A program made the position numbers and the translations under genes. Positions 25,327-34,654 of a DNA stretch of 64,000 bases are shown piece after piece; position 1 is the stretch's first letter; each line of letters starts with the position of its first letter. The stretch lies in assembly GCA_041651175.1 (NCBI GenBank), contig JBAZJT010000002.1, positions 17,322 to 81,321 on the forward strand. Reading direction: 5' to 3'. The notes beneath the pieces are model-generated. The model saw only the letters and a program-made list of their open reading frames with translations. It had not been told where the DNA came from and made no database searches. This DNA comes from Elusimicrobiales bacterium (GTDB taxonomy: Bacteria; Elusimicrobiota; Elusimicrobia; Elusimicrobiales; Elusimicrobiaceae).

Positions 25327-27143
25327 TGTGCGGATTTTGCGGACTTGTGCCGCTTGACGGAAAAGCGCGCGATGCCGCGCCGGTGAAAGCCATGCGCGCC
25401 GCTCTGGCGCATCGCGGGCCCGACGACGAGGGCGAGCTTTCCCTTCCGGGCGGCGCGCTGGGTTTTAGACGTTTGTCCATACTGGACATTGAGGGCGGGC
25501 ATCAGCCCATGGTCTCCGATGACGGGGCCGCCGCCATAGTCTTCAACGGCGAGATTTACAATCATCCCGCGCTGAAATCGGAGCTGGAAGCCAAAGGCGA
25601 AAAATTCCTCACCCGCTCGGATACCGAAACCATACTGCGCCTGTATCTGCGCGAGGGGGAGGGGGCAATCGCCCGGCTGCGCGGCATGTTCGCCTTCGCC
25701 ATAGCCGATACCCGGCGCAAAAAACTGATTCTGGCGCGCGACCATATCGGCATAAAGCCGCTTTATTACTGCGTTCGCGGCGGCGCGCTGTATTTTTCGT
25801 CGGAGCTGCGTTCCCTGCTTAAAGCCGGAATTCCGGCGGATTTCGACCCGGCGGGGCTGCGGGATTATCTGGAAAATAATTTCGTCCGCGCGCCGCGCAC
25901 TGTCATCTCCGGCGTGTTCAAGCTGCCCGCCGGGCATAAGCTGGTCTTTGATTTGGAAGGCGGCAAAACCCCGCAGCCGGAGCGGTTTTACGCGCTGAAA
26001 ACCTCGGATGACGGGATACGGGACGGCAATGAGGCGCTGGAAAGGCTGGACGCGCTGCTAAACGACAGCGTGAAGGCGCACCTTTTAAGCGATGTCCCCG
26101 TGGGCGCGTTCCTGAGCGGCGGGGTGGATTCCAGCCTTCTGACCGCGCTGATGTGCCGCCATTATCCGGGCAAGGTGAAGACTTTTTCCATAGGATTTTC
26201 CGGCGCGCGCGCCGGCATGGACGAGTCCCGCTGGGCGAAGAAGGCGGCTCTGCATCTGGGAACCGAGCATAACGAGATTATGCTGCCGGCGGACGTCCTG
26301 GGCCGCATACCGGAACTGCTGCTGGCGCTGGACGAGCCGCTGGGTGATTCGGCTGTGCTGCCGGTTTTCCTGCTCTCTCAATACGCGGCAAAGCAGGTGA
26401 AGGTGGCATTGTCCGGCGAAGGGGCGGACGAATTGTTTGCCGGCTACAACCGCTACAAGGCCGCGTATCTGACATATCTTGCCGCGAAGAATCCGGCCTG
26501 GCGGGCGGTTATGGCGGCGCGCGGGAATTTTTCCTCGGACGCATTTTACCGCGCCATGCCGCTGGACAGTCAGGACAAATGGATGGAAGCCTCCCGCCAT
26601 TCGCGCCCGGAGGACGCCGCATATTTTATGAAAGCCGCCGGCGGCGCGGAGTTCTGGCGCGATTATACAGAGCGCGCCGAAGGCTTCAACGGCATGCTGC
26701 TGGCCGATTTCAGGACCATAATGGCCGACTGCCTGCTTATGAAAGTGGACAAAGCCGCCATGGCCGCCTCGCTGGAGACGCGCGTGCCTTTCCTGACGCC
26801 GGAACTGGCGGAATTCGCCTTCAACCTTTCGCCGGAGCTTAAATCGCGCCGGTTCAAGAGCAAATGGCTGTTGCGGAAACTGGCGGAGAAGTATCTGCCG
26901 TCCGATATAGTCTGGCGGCGCAAGCACGGTTTCTGGTCGCCGTGGGAGGAGTGGATAAAATCCGGCCCGCCGGAGGTTTTTGACGCGCTTTCCTCTGGCG
27001 CGCTGGGCGGGGACCCTGTTTTTGATTTCAAAAAGCTGGAGGCGGAGCTGTCCGCGCTCCGGTCCGGCGGGAAAACGCGGGACACGGGGCTTGTTTTCAG
27101 GGCGGCGGTGCTGGCGTTGTGGAAGCGCGCTTTGAGTTTGTAA
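25326..27143 (+). CDS. asnB: asparagine synthase (glutamine-hydrolysing)
   Basis: 605 aa. N-terminal MCGF Ntn-amidotransferase nucleophile. PP-loop FLSGGVDSS. Confidence 0.9.
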   Translation: MCGFCGLVPLDGKARDAAPVKAMRAALAHRGPDDEGELSLPGGALGFRRLSILDIEGGHQPMVSDDGAAAIVFNGEIYNHPALKSELEAKGEKFLTRSDTETILRLYLREGEGAIARLRGMFAFAIADTRRKKLILARDHIGIKPLYYCVRGGALYFSSELRSLLKAGIPADFDPAGLRDYLENNFVRAPRTVISGVFKLPAGHKLVFDLEGGKTPQPERFYALKTSDDGIRDGNEALERLDALLNDSVKAHLLSDVPVGAFLSGGVDSSLLTALMCRHYPGKVKTFSIGFSGARAGMDESRWAKKAALHLGTEHNEIMLPADVLGRIPELLLALDEPLGDSAVLPVFLLSQYAAKQVKVALSGEGADELFAGYNRYKAAYLTYLAAKNPAWRAVMAARGNFSSDAFYRAMPLDSQDKWMEASRHSRPEDAAYFMKAAGGAEFWRDYTERAEGFNGMLLADFRTIMADCLLMKVDKAAMAASLETRVPFLTPELAEFAFNLSPELKSRRFKSKWLLRKLAEKYLPSDIVWRRKHGFWSPWEEWIKSGPPEVFDALSSGALGGDPVFDFKKLEAELSALRSGGKTRDTGLVFRAAVLALWKRALSL

Positions 27144-27161
27144 AATTCAGGCGGAGGCATC

Positions 27162-28724
27162 ATGCGAAACAAATTTTTCTTATGGCTGCTGGCGGCGCTG
27201 CTGCTGCCCGCCGCTTCAAGCGGCAAAACCATAGTGATTTACCATACCGGCGACGTGCACGGCCATTACCGGGCGCAGGCCGTGGACGGCTCCACCTCCG
27301 CAGCCGGCGGGTTCGCGGTGCTGTCCGCGCTGGTCAAAAAAGAAAAAAATCCCTGTATACTGCTTGACGGCGGCGACTGGTATCAGGGAACCCCGGAGGG
27401 CAATTTCACAAAAGGGATGGCCTCGGTGCAGATGATGAACATGCTGGGCTACAAGGCTTCCGTCATCGGCAATCACGAGTACGATTACGGGGAGGAGAAT
27501 TTGAAAATGCTGGTCTCCTCGGCCAGTTTCGCGGTGCTGGGCGGGAATATAAAGAACAAGGCGGACGGCTCACAGGTCTCTTACGCCAAGCCTTATACGA
27601 TGGTGGAGATAGACGGCGTCAAATTGGGCATAATCGGAATTGCCAACGAGAGGACGCCCTCCTCCACCCTGCCGCATAATGTGGAAAACCTGATTTTCAC
27701 GGACCAGGCGCAGACCGCCGCCGCGCTTGCCGACGAGGTGAAAAAGCTGGGCGTCAACGCGGCAATCGCGTTGGTGCATGACGGCGGCACCTTCAGATAC
27801 GGCCCCAGGTTTGACGGCGCGCAGTGGATTGCTTCCGATAAGGATGAGGCTTCAGGCACTCTGGCCGTGGCGCGCGCGGCCAAAGGCGATCTGGCCGTGG
27901 TTTTCGGAGCGCATTATCACGTGCTGATGGACAACGGCCACCGCGACGGCATCAGCGGCGCGCTGCTGGCCGAAAGCGGCAGCAACCTGCGCGCGGTAAG
28001 CCGGGTGGAGATGAATTTTGACGACGCGACTGGCAAATTCACCGGCGCAACGGACCGTGTTATAGACCTGCGCGCCGCCGAAATCGGCGAGGACGCGGCG
28101 GTGAACGCCGCGCTTGAGCCGGTGGAAAAGCGCGTCAGCGAGTTAGTGGACAGGCAGATTGCCGTCGCAGCCGAGCGCATTCCGCTGGCGGCCCGCCCGC
28201 CGGATTCGGATTCGCCGCTTGGCGATTTGGTCTGCGACATTATCCGCCGGCATTCCGGCAGCGAGATAGTTTTCCAGAACACGTACGGCATGCGGGCTTC
28301 GCTGCCGCAGGGGCCGGTAACGTTGCGCATGGTCTACGAGGTTCTGCCGTTTGAGAATACGCTTATAAGCATGACGCTTTCCGGCGCGCAGCTTGAGGAC
28401 GTCATGCGCGAAAACCTCAGGGCGGGCCATTCCGTGGTCCAGGCGTCCGGCATGGAGGCGGAGTATGCCGTGGACAGGATGGGCAAAATTTCCTCCCTCA
28501 AAATCAGTGTTGGCGGCAGGCCGGTGGAAAAGGACCGCCGTTACACAGTAACCACAAACAGCTTCCTGTCGGAAGGCGGCAGCGGCGGCGAGGCTATTTC
28601 CCGCGGCCTGGGCAAAAAAGACACCGGCGTCACCATACGGGACGCTTTTCTGGAAGAGCTTAAAAAAACACCCGCACTTGATTTCCCGAAAACCGGCAGG
28701 CTCAGGAGGATAAAACAGGGATGA
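27162..28724 (+). CDS. secreted 5'-nucleotidase / UshA-like metallophosphatase (motifs intact)
   Basis: 520 aa. Signal peptide. Calcineurin-like motifs YHTGDVHGH, DGGDWYQGTPEG, GNHEYDYG, LVHDG and GAHYH. C-terminal 5'-nucleotidase substrate domain. GGAGG Shine-Dalgarno. Confidence 0.8.
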   Translation: MRNKFFLWLLAALLLPAASSGKTIVIYHTGDVHGHYRAQAVDGSTSAAGGFAVLSALVKKEKNPCILLDGGDWYQGTPEGNFTKGMASVQMMNMLGYKASVIGNHEYDYGEENLKMLVSSASFAVLGGNIKNKADGSQVSYAKPYTMVEIDGVKLGIIGIANERTPSSTLPHNVENLIFTDQAQTAAALADEVKKLGVNAAIALVHDGGTFRYGPRFDGAQWIASDKDEASGTLAVARAAKGDLAVVFGAHYHVLMDNGHRDGISGALLAESGSNLRAVSRVEMNFDDATGKFTGATDRVIDLRAAEIGEDAAVNAALEPVEKRVSELVDRQIAVAAERIPLAARPPDSDSPLGDLVCDIIRRHSGSEIVFQNTYGMRASLPQGPVTLRMVYEVLPFENTLISMTLSGAQLEDVMRENLRAGHSVVQASGMEAEYAVDRMGKISSLKISVGGRPVEKDRRYTVTTNSFLSEGGSGGEAISRGLGKKDTGVTIRDAFLEELKKTPALDFPKTGRLRRIKQG

Positions 28725-30154
28725 ATTCGCGCCGCGCCGCCGTCTGGCTGCTTGCCGCTTCAGTTCTTGGCTGCGGCTGCGCCAGGACCGACGATATCGC
28801 CGTCTATTACGCTGGTGGCGCGCATGGCCGCTTCTGGTCCGAGAAAGACGCCGCCTCCGGCGCGGAGACCGGCGGCTTCGCCGCGCTTAAAAAAATGGTC
28901 GCCGCGGAAAAAAAGCCGCATATCCTGCTCTCCGGCGGGGACTGGTCCGCCGGCACACCCGAAGGCGCGCTTACCAGGGGCGAGGCCGCCGTGCAGCTTA
29001 TGAACATGGCGGGCTACGCCGCCGCCGTCCCCGGCGCGGGGGAGTTTGCGCTGGGCGCCGCGCAGCTTGAGGCCGTGCTGCCGCGCGCGCGGTTTCCGGT
29101 GCTGTGCGCCAATGTCTACGACGGCGCCAAGGGCGGGCGCGCGTCTTTCTGCAAGCCGTATGTCATAACCCGGGTCGGGCCGGTTAAGGCGGGCATTATA
29201 GGGCTGGTGGGGCCTTCCGCCGCGCGGGCCGTGCCGCGCGAGCTTATGCGCGGCCTTTCCATACGCAATCCCGCCGACGAGGCCAGAAGGCAGGCCGCCG
29301 CGCTGGCGCGGGAAAACGTCAAATTCATCATCGCGCTGGTTCAGTTTTCTCCGGAGGAGGACGAGGACGCGCTGCGCGCCGCCGCCCCCGGCATCTCGCT
29401 TATCGTCGGCGGCAGGCCGGCGTTGGAGGCGGGCGGGCTTTCCCGCGTGCTGCGCTACGACGCGGCGGTAGGCTCGGTTTCCGGCGCGCTGCGGCGCGCC
29501 AGCCGCAGCAGTATCGCGCTGGACGCGCGCCGCTGGGGCAAGGACCCCGCCGTTTCGGCGGAGGCCGGGCGCGTGCGTCGCTCGCTTGAAAAAACGCTGT
29601 CCCGCGTTGTGGGGTCGGCGGAGGCGCCGCTGCCGCATTCCGGCTGGCCGGATTCCGCCGCCGCCAATTGGGCGGCGGACTGTCTGCGCCGCTGGGGCCG
29701 CGCCGACATGGGCATAATAGCCGAGGATGATGTCGCCTCCGGCCTGGACCAGGGGCGCATAACGCTGCGCCGCCTCTACGAATTATACCCGCGCGACGAG
29801 AGCGCGGTGTTTTTCAAAATGCGCGGGGCGGATTTGCAGGCCGCGCTTGGAGAATCCCTGTCTCATAAAGGGCGGCGGCTGTTTATAAGCGGGGCCCGTG
29901 CCCGGCTGGATGAAAATGGCGGAAAGCTCGTTTCGCTGGAAATAGACGGCAAGCCTGTTTCGGCAAACAAAATATACCGCGTCTGCGCGCCCGACGGGAT
30001 GCTGCCCGGCGGCGGCGCGGCGGGTTTTTCGCGCGTGGTGGAATTCGCCAATTCGTGCGAACTCGTGCGTGACAAGCTGCGCTGGTGCATGGGCCGCCAG
30101 CGCGGCATGCTCCCGCCGGAGGCGGGCCGCTGGGGGAAGGGGAAAAGTGATTGA
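28721..30154 (+). CDS. 5'-nucleotidase-like lipoprotein paralogue with degenerate metal-binding motifs
   Basis: 477 aa. Lipobox-like LLAASVLGCGC. Collinear with the upstream paralogue, but YYAGGAHGRF replaces YHTGDVHGH, VPGAGEFALG replaces GNHEYDYG and LVQFS replaces LVHDG. ATGA overlap. Confidence 0.7.
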   Translation: MNSRRAAVWLLAASVLGCGCARTDDIAVYYAGGAHGRFWSEKDAASGAETGGFAALKKMVAAEKKPHILLSGGDWSAGTPEGALTRGEAAVQLMNMAGYAAAVPGAGEFALGAAQLEAVLPRARFPVLCANVYDGAKGGRASFCKPYVITRVGPVKAGIIGLVGPSAARAVPRELMRGLSIRNPADEARRQAAALARENVKFIIALVQFSPEEDEDALRAAAPGISLIVGGRPALEAGGLSRVLRYDAAVGSVSGALRRASRSSIALDARRWGKDPAVSAEAGRVRRSLEKTLSRVVGSAEAPLPHSGWPDSAAANWAADCLRRWGRADMGIIAEDDVASGLDQGRITLRRLYELYPRDESAVFFKMRGADLQAALGESLSHKGRRLFISGARARLDENGGKLVSLEIDGKPVSANKIYRVCAPDGMLPGGGAAGFSRVVEFANSCELVRDKLRWCMGRQRGMLPPEAGRWGKGKSD

Positions 30155-31193
30155 GTCTTATCTGCCCGTAGTGGCGCTGTCGTTGGTGATGGCGGCGGTG
30201 CTGCTGCTGCCGTTTTCCGTCAAAAAAATTGAAGAGGAACTGGAGATTTTCCTGCTGATAATGGGCGTGGCGGCGGTAACCGTTTCCGGGCAGTGGAGCC
30301 GCCATCTGCTGGCGGAATCTTTGCGCGAGCCGCTGCTTATCTCCTGCGCGGTGCTGGCGGCGGGGTTCGCATTCCGGGGGCTGCGCGCGGGACTGCATTC
30401 GGCGGCGGCGCTGATGATAGAGAAGCTGGGGCTTCCCGCCGCGGCGTTTATCATTGTGCTGGCTCTGGGGATGTGTTCCAGCGGCGTAACCGCCATAATC
30501 GCCGCGCTGGCGCTGTCGGAGGCGATATGCGCCTTCGGATTGGACAGGGACGGCGAGGCCGCCGTCGCCGTTTACGGCTGTTACGCGATAGGCCTGGGCG
30601 CCGCGTTGTCGCCGATAGGGGAGCCGCTTTCCGCCATAACCGTGGCCAAATTGAAAGGCCCGCCGCATTTTGCGGACTCGGGCTGGCTGTTTTCAACGCT
30701 GGGGGCGTGGATATTGCCGGGGGTGGCCGTGTGCGCTTTCATGGCCGCGCGCGCGGCGCGCCGCTGCGGCGTTTCGGGGCGCGAGCATTCGTCCGGGCGT
30801 GAATCCTCCGGCGGCATAATACTGCGCGCGCTTAAAATATATGTGTTTGTCGCCGCGCTGGTGCTGCTGGGCGCGGGGCTTGGGCCGCTTGCGGAAATTT
30901 CCACAGGCAAACTGGCGCACTGGCAGCTTTACTGGATAAACTCGCTTTCCGCGGTGCTGGATAACGCCACTCTGGCGGCGGCGGAGATAGTCCCCTCCAT
31001 GACGCGGCAGCAGATACAGTTCCTGCTTATGGGGCTGCTTGTGGCCGGAGGAATGCTTATACCGGGCAATATCCCCAACATAATATGCGCCTCCAAGCTG
31101 GGCATTTCAAGCCGCCGCTGGGCGGCGCTGGCGCTGCCGCCGGGCATTGCGCTGATGGCGGTTTATTTCGCGCTTTTGTCGCTGGCGCGGTAA
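30147..31193 (+). CDS. polytopic membrane protein (DUF1646-like putative ion transporter)
   Basis: The ORF track starts at 30069. I prefer the GTG at 30147 (VIESYLPVVALSLVMAAVLLL), which overlaps the upstream stop. About 10 hydrophobic segments. The family assignment is from memory only. Confidence 0.5.
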   Translation: MIESYLPVVALSLVMAAVLLLPFSVKKIEEELEIFLLIMGVAAVTVSGQWSRHLLAESLREPLLISCAVLAAGFAFRGLRAGLHSAAALMIEKLGLPAAAFIIVLALGMCSSGVTAIIAALALSEAICAFGLDRDGEAAVAVYGCYAIGLGAALSPIGEPLSAITVAKLKGPPHFADSGWLFSTLGAWILPGVAVCAFMAARAARRCGVSGREHSSGRESSGGIILRALKIYVFVAALVLLGAGLGPLAEISTGKLAHWQLYWINSLSAVLDNATLAAAEIVPSMTRQQIQFLLMGLLVAGGMLIPGNIPNIICASKLGISSRRWAALALPPGIALMAVYFALLSLAR

Positions 31194-31214
31194 AAAGATA
31201 CAATCTTGCCGGGT

Positions 31215-31240
31215 CCGGGAGCGGTTTCCCGGAGGTTTTT
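31215..31240 (+). terminator. candidate intrinsic terminator after the membrane-transporter gene
   Basis: CCGGGA-gcggtt-TCCCGG stem-loop followed by aggTTTTT, about 22 nt after the stop at 31193. Confidence 0.4.
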
Positions 31241-31308
31241 GTGATGGTCGGGCCGCCATCCGCAATTATTCCGGGCGGTTTTGCCGCCGTCCGGCAACGG
31301 AGGCGGTT

Positions 31309-32790
31309 ATGTGGACAAAAAGCGGGCTTCAGAAACTCACCAGGGAAAAACTGTCGGATTATGTGTTTGTTACGGCGTCCAACCGGCAGCCCTACGTTCA
31401 TAACAACAAATTCGGAAAAGTAACGGTCAGCCGCGGCTCAGGCGGCGTCATCACCGCGCTGGACCCTGTAATGCAGGCCTGCAACGGCGTCTGGGTCGCC
31501 TGGGGCAACGGCGACGCCGATAAAAAAGCGGCGGATGCCTCTGGCCGGCTGGCTGTTCCGCCGGACAACCCGGCATACACGTTAAAACGGATATGGCTCT
31601 CCAAAGCCGATGAAATCGGCTATTATTATGGGTTTTCCAACGAGGCGATATGGCCGCTGTGCCATACCGTGTTCAACCGCCCCGCCTTCCGGCAGGAGGA
31701 CTGGGACAGCTACGTCAAGGTGAACCGGAAATTCGCAGACGCCATCGCCGCCGAGTTGCAGGGGCGCAAGGCCTTTGTGTGGATTCAGGATTACCATCTG
31801 TGCCTGCTGCCAGCCATGCTCAAGGAAAAGCTGCCGAACCAGATTATCTCGGCCCATTTCTGGCATATTCCATGGCCGGCGCACGAGGTGTTCCGCATTT
31901 TCCCCAGGAAAAAAGAGATACTGGAGGGGCTGCTGGCCAACGACATGCTGGGCTTCCACATCCGCCTGCATTGCAGCAATTTCCTGGATGTCGTGGACCG
32001 CGAGCTGGAATGCAAGATAGACCGGGAGCGCCACTCCGTAGTGCGCGGCGGGCGCGAGACGCTGGTGCGCCCCTTCCCGATAAGCGTGGATTATGCCGAT
32101 ATACGCAAATCCCTCTCCCTCCAGAAAATAAAGGAGCTTAAGCAGCAGATAACCGAGGAATTCCCTATCGGCGGCAAAAAGCTGCTGCTGGGGCTGGACC
32201 GGATTGATTACACCAAGGGAATACCGGAGCGGCTGCTGGCGGTGGACAGAATGCTGGAAAAGCACCCCGAGCTTGCCGAGCAGTTCGTGTTCCTGCAGAT
32301 GGGCGAGCTCAGCCGCCTCCACATCCCGCGCTACAAGCAGCTCAACGACGAGATAAACTCGCTGGTTGAGCAGATAAACTGGAAGCACTCCACCGATTCG
32401 TGGAAGCCCATCATCCTCATCCGCCGGCATCTGAATTACCCGGAGCCGCTGGCCTTCTACGACTTGGGCGATGTCTGCGTGGTAAGCTCGCTGCACGACG
32501 GGATGAATCTTGTCGCCAAGGAATATGTGGCCGCCGCCGGCGAAGACAAGGGCATGCTGGTGCTGAGCCGCTTCACCGGCGCGTCCAGGGAACTGACAGA
32601 CGCCGTGCTGATAAACCCCTACGACCGGGAGCAGTTCGCCGAGGCGCTCTACTCCGCCGTTACAATGCCGCAGGAGGAGCGCCGCCGCCGCATGCTTAAA
32701 ATGAAGCAGGTGGTGGAGGAAAACAACATCTACCGCTGGGCGGGAAAAATAATATCGGAGCTGCTGAAACTGGATTTCGCCGAGCAATGA
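31309..32790 (+). CDS. otsA: alpha,alpha-trehalose-phosphate synthase (UDP-forming)
   Basis: 493 aa. GT20 motifs FSNEAIWPLCH, VWIQDYHL, GLDRIDYTKGI and LHDGMNLVAKEY. GGAGG Shine-Dalgarno. Confidence 0.9.
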   Translation: MWTKSGLQKLTREKLSDYVFVTASNRQPYVHNNKFGKVTVSRGSGGVITALDPVMQACNGVWVAWGNGDADKKAADASGRLAVPPDNPAYTLKRIWLSKADEIGYYYGFSNEAIWPLCHTVFNRPAFRQEDWDSYVKVNRKFADAIAAELQGRKAFVWIQDYHLCLLPAMLKEKLPNQIISAHFWHIPWPAHEVFRIFPRKKEILEGLLANDMLGFHIRLHCSNFLDVVDRELECKIDRERHSVVRGGRETLVRPFPISVDYADIRKSLSLQKIKELKQQITEEFPIGGKKLLLGLDRIDYTKGIPERLLAVDRMLEKHPELAEQFVFLQMGELSRLHIPRYKQLNDEINSLVEQINWKHSTDSWKPIILIRRHLNYPEPLAFYDLGDVCVVSSLHDGMNLVAKEYVAAAGEDKGMLVLSRFTGASRELTDAVLINPYDREQFAEALYSAVTMPQEERRRRMLKMKQVVEENNIYRWAGKIISELLKLDFAEQ

Positions 32791-33563
32791 GAAACCTCCT
32801 TAAGGCGTGGCCGCATCTGGCCCGGCGGCTGTCCGGGAAAAAGCTGCTGCTTATGCTGGATTATGACGGCACGTTGGCCCCCATACGCGCCGTGCCCGGC
32901 AAGGCCGCGCTGCCCGCGCGCACGAGAAAACTGCTTGAGCATCTGGCGGCCAGGCCGTCGGTGATGATAGCCATAGTCAGCGGGCGGGACCTGCGCTATC
33001 TGCGCAAAGCCATAGGGCTGAAAAACATCATATATGCGTCAAACCACGGCTTCCGGATATCGGGCCGGGGCATGAAATTTTCCGTGCGCGTCCGGCGCGG
33101 GCCGCTGGCGGCCTTCCGCCGGGAGCTGGCGGCAGCGGCGGCGGGAACGCGCGGCGCGCTTGTGGAGAACAAGGAATTTTCCGCCGCGCTGCATTACCGC
33201 CGCGCCCGCCCTTCGGACGCCAGGCGGCTGCGGGCGGTTTTTATGAGGCTGCTGGCCCGGCATCCGGGGCTTGAGGCCGGGCGCGGTAAAAAAGTGCTGG
33301 AGGCCGCGCCCGTTTTAAGATGGGATAAAGGCCGGGCGGTTTTGTATATTATAGAGAAGGTCCGGGCGGAGGAAGGCGCAATCGTCCCTCTGTATATAGG
33401 CGACGACCGCACCGACGAGAACGCTTTCCGCGCGCTCGCCGGCAGGGGCGTTGCGGCCAGGGTGGGCAGGAAAAAAAACACCCGCGCCCGGTATTATCTT
33501 GAAAACACCGCAAAGGTGGCGGAACTGCTGGCCGCTGTTGCGCGCGCCGCGGAGGCGACATGA
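32787..33563 (+). CDS. otsB: trehalose-6-phosphate phosphatase
   Basis: 258 aa. HAD motif LLMLDYDGTLAP. C-terminal YIGDDRTDENAF. ATGA overlap with otsA. Confidence 0.85.
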   Translation: MRNLLKAWPHLARRLSGKKLLLMLDYDGTLAPIRAVPGKAALPARTRKLLEHLAARPSVMIAIVSGRDLRYLRKAIGLKNIIYASNHGFRISGRGMKFSVRVRRGPLAAFRRELAAAAAGTRGALVENKEFSAALHYRRARPSDARRLRAVFMRLLARHPGLEAGRGKKVLEAAPVLRWDKGRAVLYIIEKVRAEEGAIVPLYIGDDRTDENAFRALAGRGVAARVGRKKNTRARYYLENTAKVAELLAAVARAAEAT

Positions 33564-34654
33564 CATATAAACATATTCTGGGTTATGCCGTTATGGGCAA
33601 TGCCGTGCAGCAGTGGCTTATCTGCGCGGCGGCGCTGCTGTCTGCGCTGCTGGCGCTGCATGTTTTCAAGATGTCGGTGATGGCCTTTCTGCGCAAGCTC
33701 GCCGAGAAAACCGAGACAACGCTGGATGATTTGCTGCTGGAGGTCTTTGACAGCCGGGTTTACCCGTATTTCTATTTCCTGGCGGTATATTTCTCCGCAA
33801 AGTCCCTGACCCTGACACTGCGCATGCACCACGCGCTGGACATGGCCGCGAAAGTGGCTCTTTCGCTGATGATTGTGGTGGCGGTTTCGGACATAGTGTC
33901 GCATATATTCAAGGAATATGTTTTCAAGGGAAGGGGCGAGGGCGAGCGCAAACAATTCTCCGGCATCATACTGCTGGTGAAGGCCGCCGTCTGGTGTTTC
34001 GGCGGCATACTGATACTGGACAACCTGGGCGTCAAGATATCCGCGCTGGTAGCCGGCATGGGCATCAGCGGCGTGGCCGTCGCCCTGGCCGCGCAGACGG
34101 TGCTAAAGGATTTGTTCAGCTATTTCGCCATACTCTTTGACAGGCCTTTCGCCGTCGGCGACTTCGTCATCGTCGGCGCGGAGATGGGAACCATAGAGCA
34201 TATCGGCATAAAGACCACCCGCCTGCGCAGTTTGAGCGGCGAGGAGATAATCTGCTCCAACAGCGACCTTGTTGAAAACCGGCTGCACAATTACAAGCGC
34301 ATGTCCCGCAGGCGCGTGGTGCTGCGTTTCGGCATTCCCTATGAAAGCCCTTCCGCGGCGATGAAGCAGCTGCCGGAGGCCATAAAACGCATTGTCGGCG
34401 GCGTTTCCGGCGCAACCTTTGACCGGGCCCATTTCGCCGAATTCGGGGATTTCAGCCTCATACACGAAGTTGTCTATTACGTGGAGGACCCGGATTATGC
34501 CGTGTTCATGGACAGGCAGCAGGAAATAAACCTGAAGGTCAGGGAAGAGCTTGAGCGGCTGGGCCTGCGCCTGGCGTATCCGACGCGGACTCTGCATGTG
34601 CCGCCCGGCGGCTTATCAGCTCAAGATACCGCTGCTCGGTCTTTGCGACCATAG
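33560..34654 (+). CDS. MscS-family mechanosensitive ion channel
   Basis: 364 aa. TM helices followed by FDRPFAVGDFVIVGAEMGTIEHIGIKTTRLRS, the MscS beta-domain signature. ATGA overlap with otsB. Confidence 0.85.
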   Translation: MTYKHILGYAVMGNAVQQWLICAAALLSALLALHVFKMSVMAFLRKLAEKTETTLDDLLLEVFDSRVYPYFYFLAVYFSAKSLTLTLRMHHALDMAAKVALSLMIVVAVSDIVSHIFKEYVFKGRGEGERKQFSGIILLVKAAVWCFGGILILDNLGVKISALVAGMGISGVAVALAAQTVLKDLFSYFAILFDRPFAVGDFVIVGAEMGTIEHIGIKTTRLRSLSGEEIICSNSDLVENRLHNYKRMSRRRVVLRFGIPYESPSAAMKQLPEAIKRIVGGVSGATFDRAHFAEFGDFSLIHEVVYYVEDPDYAVFMDRQQEINLKVREELERLGLRLAYPTRTLHVPPGGLSAQDTAARSLRP

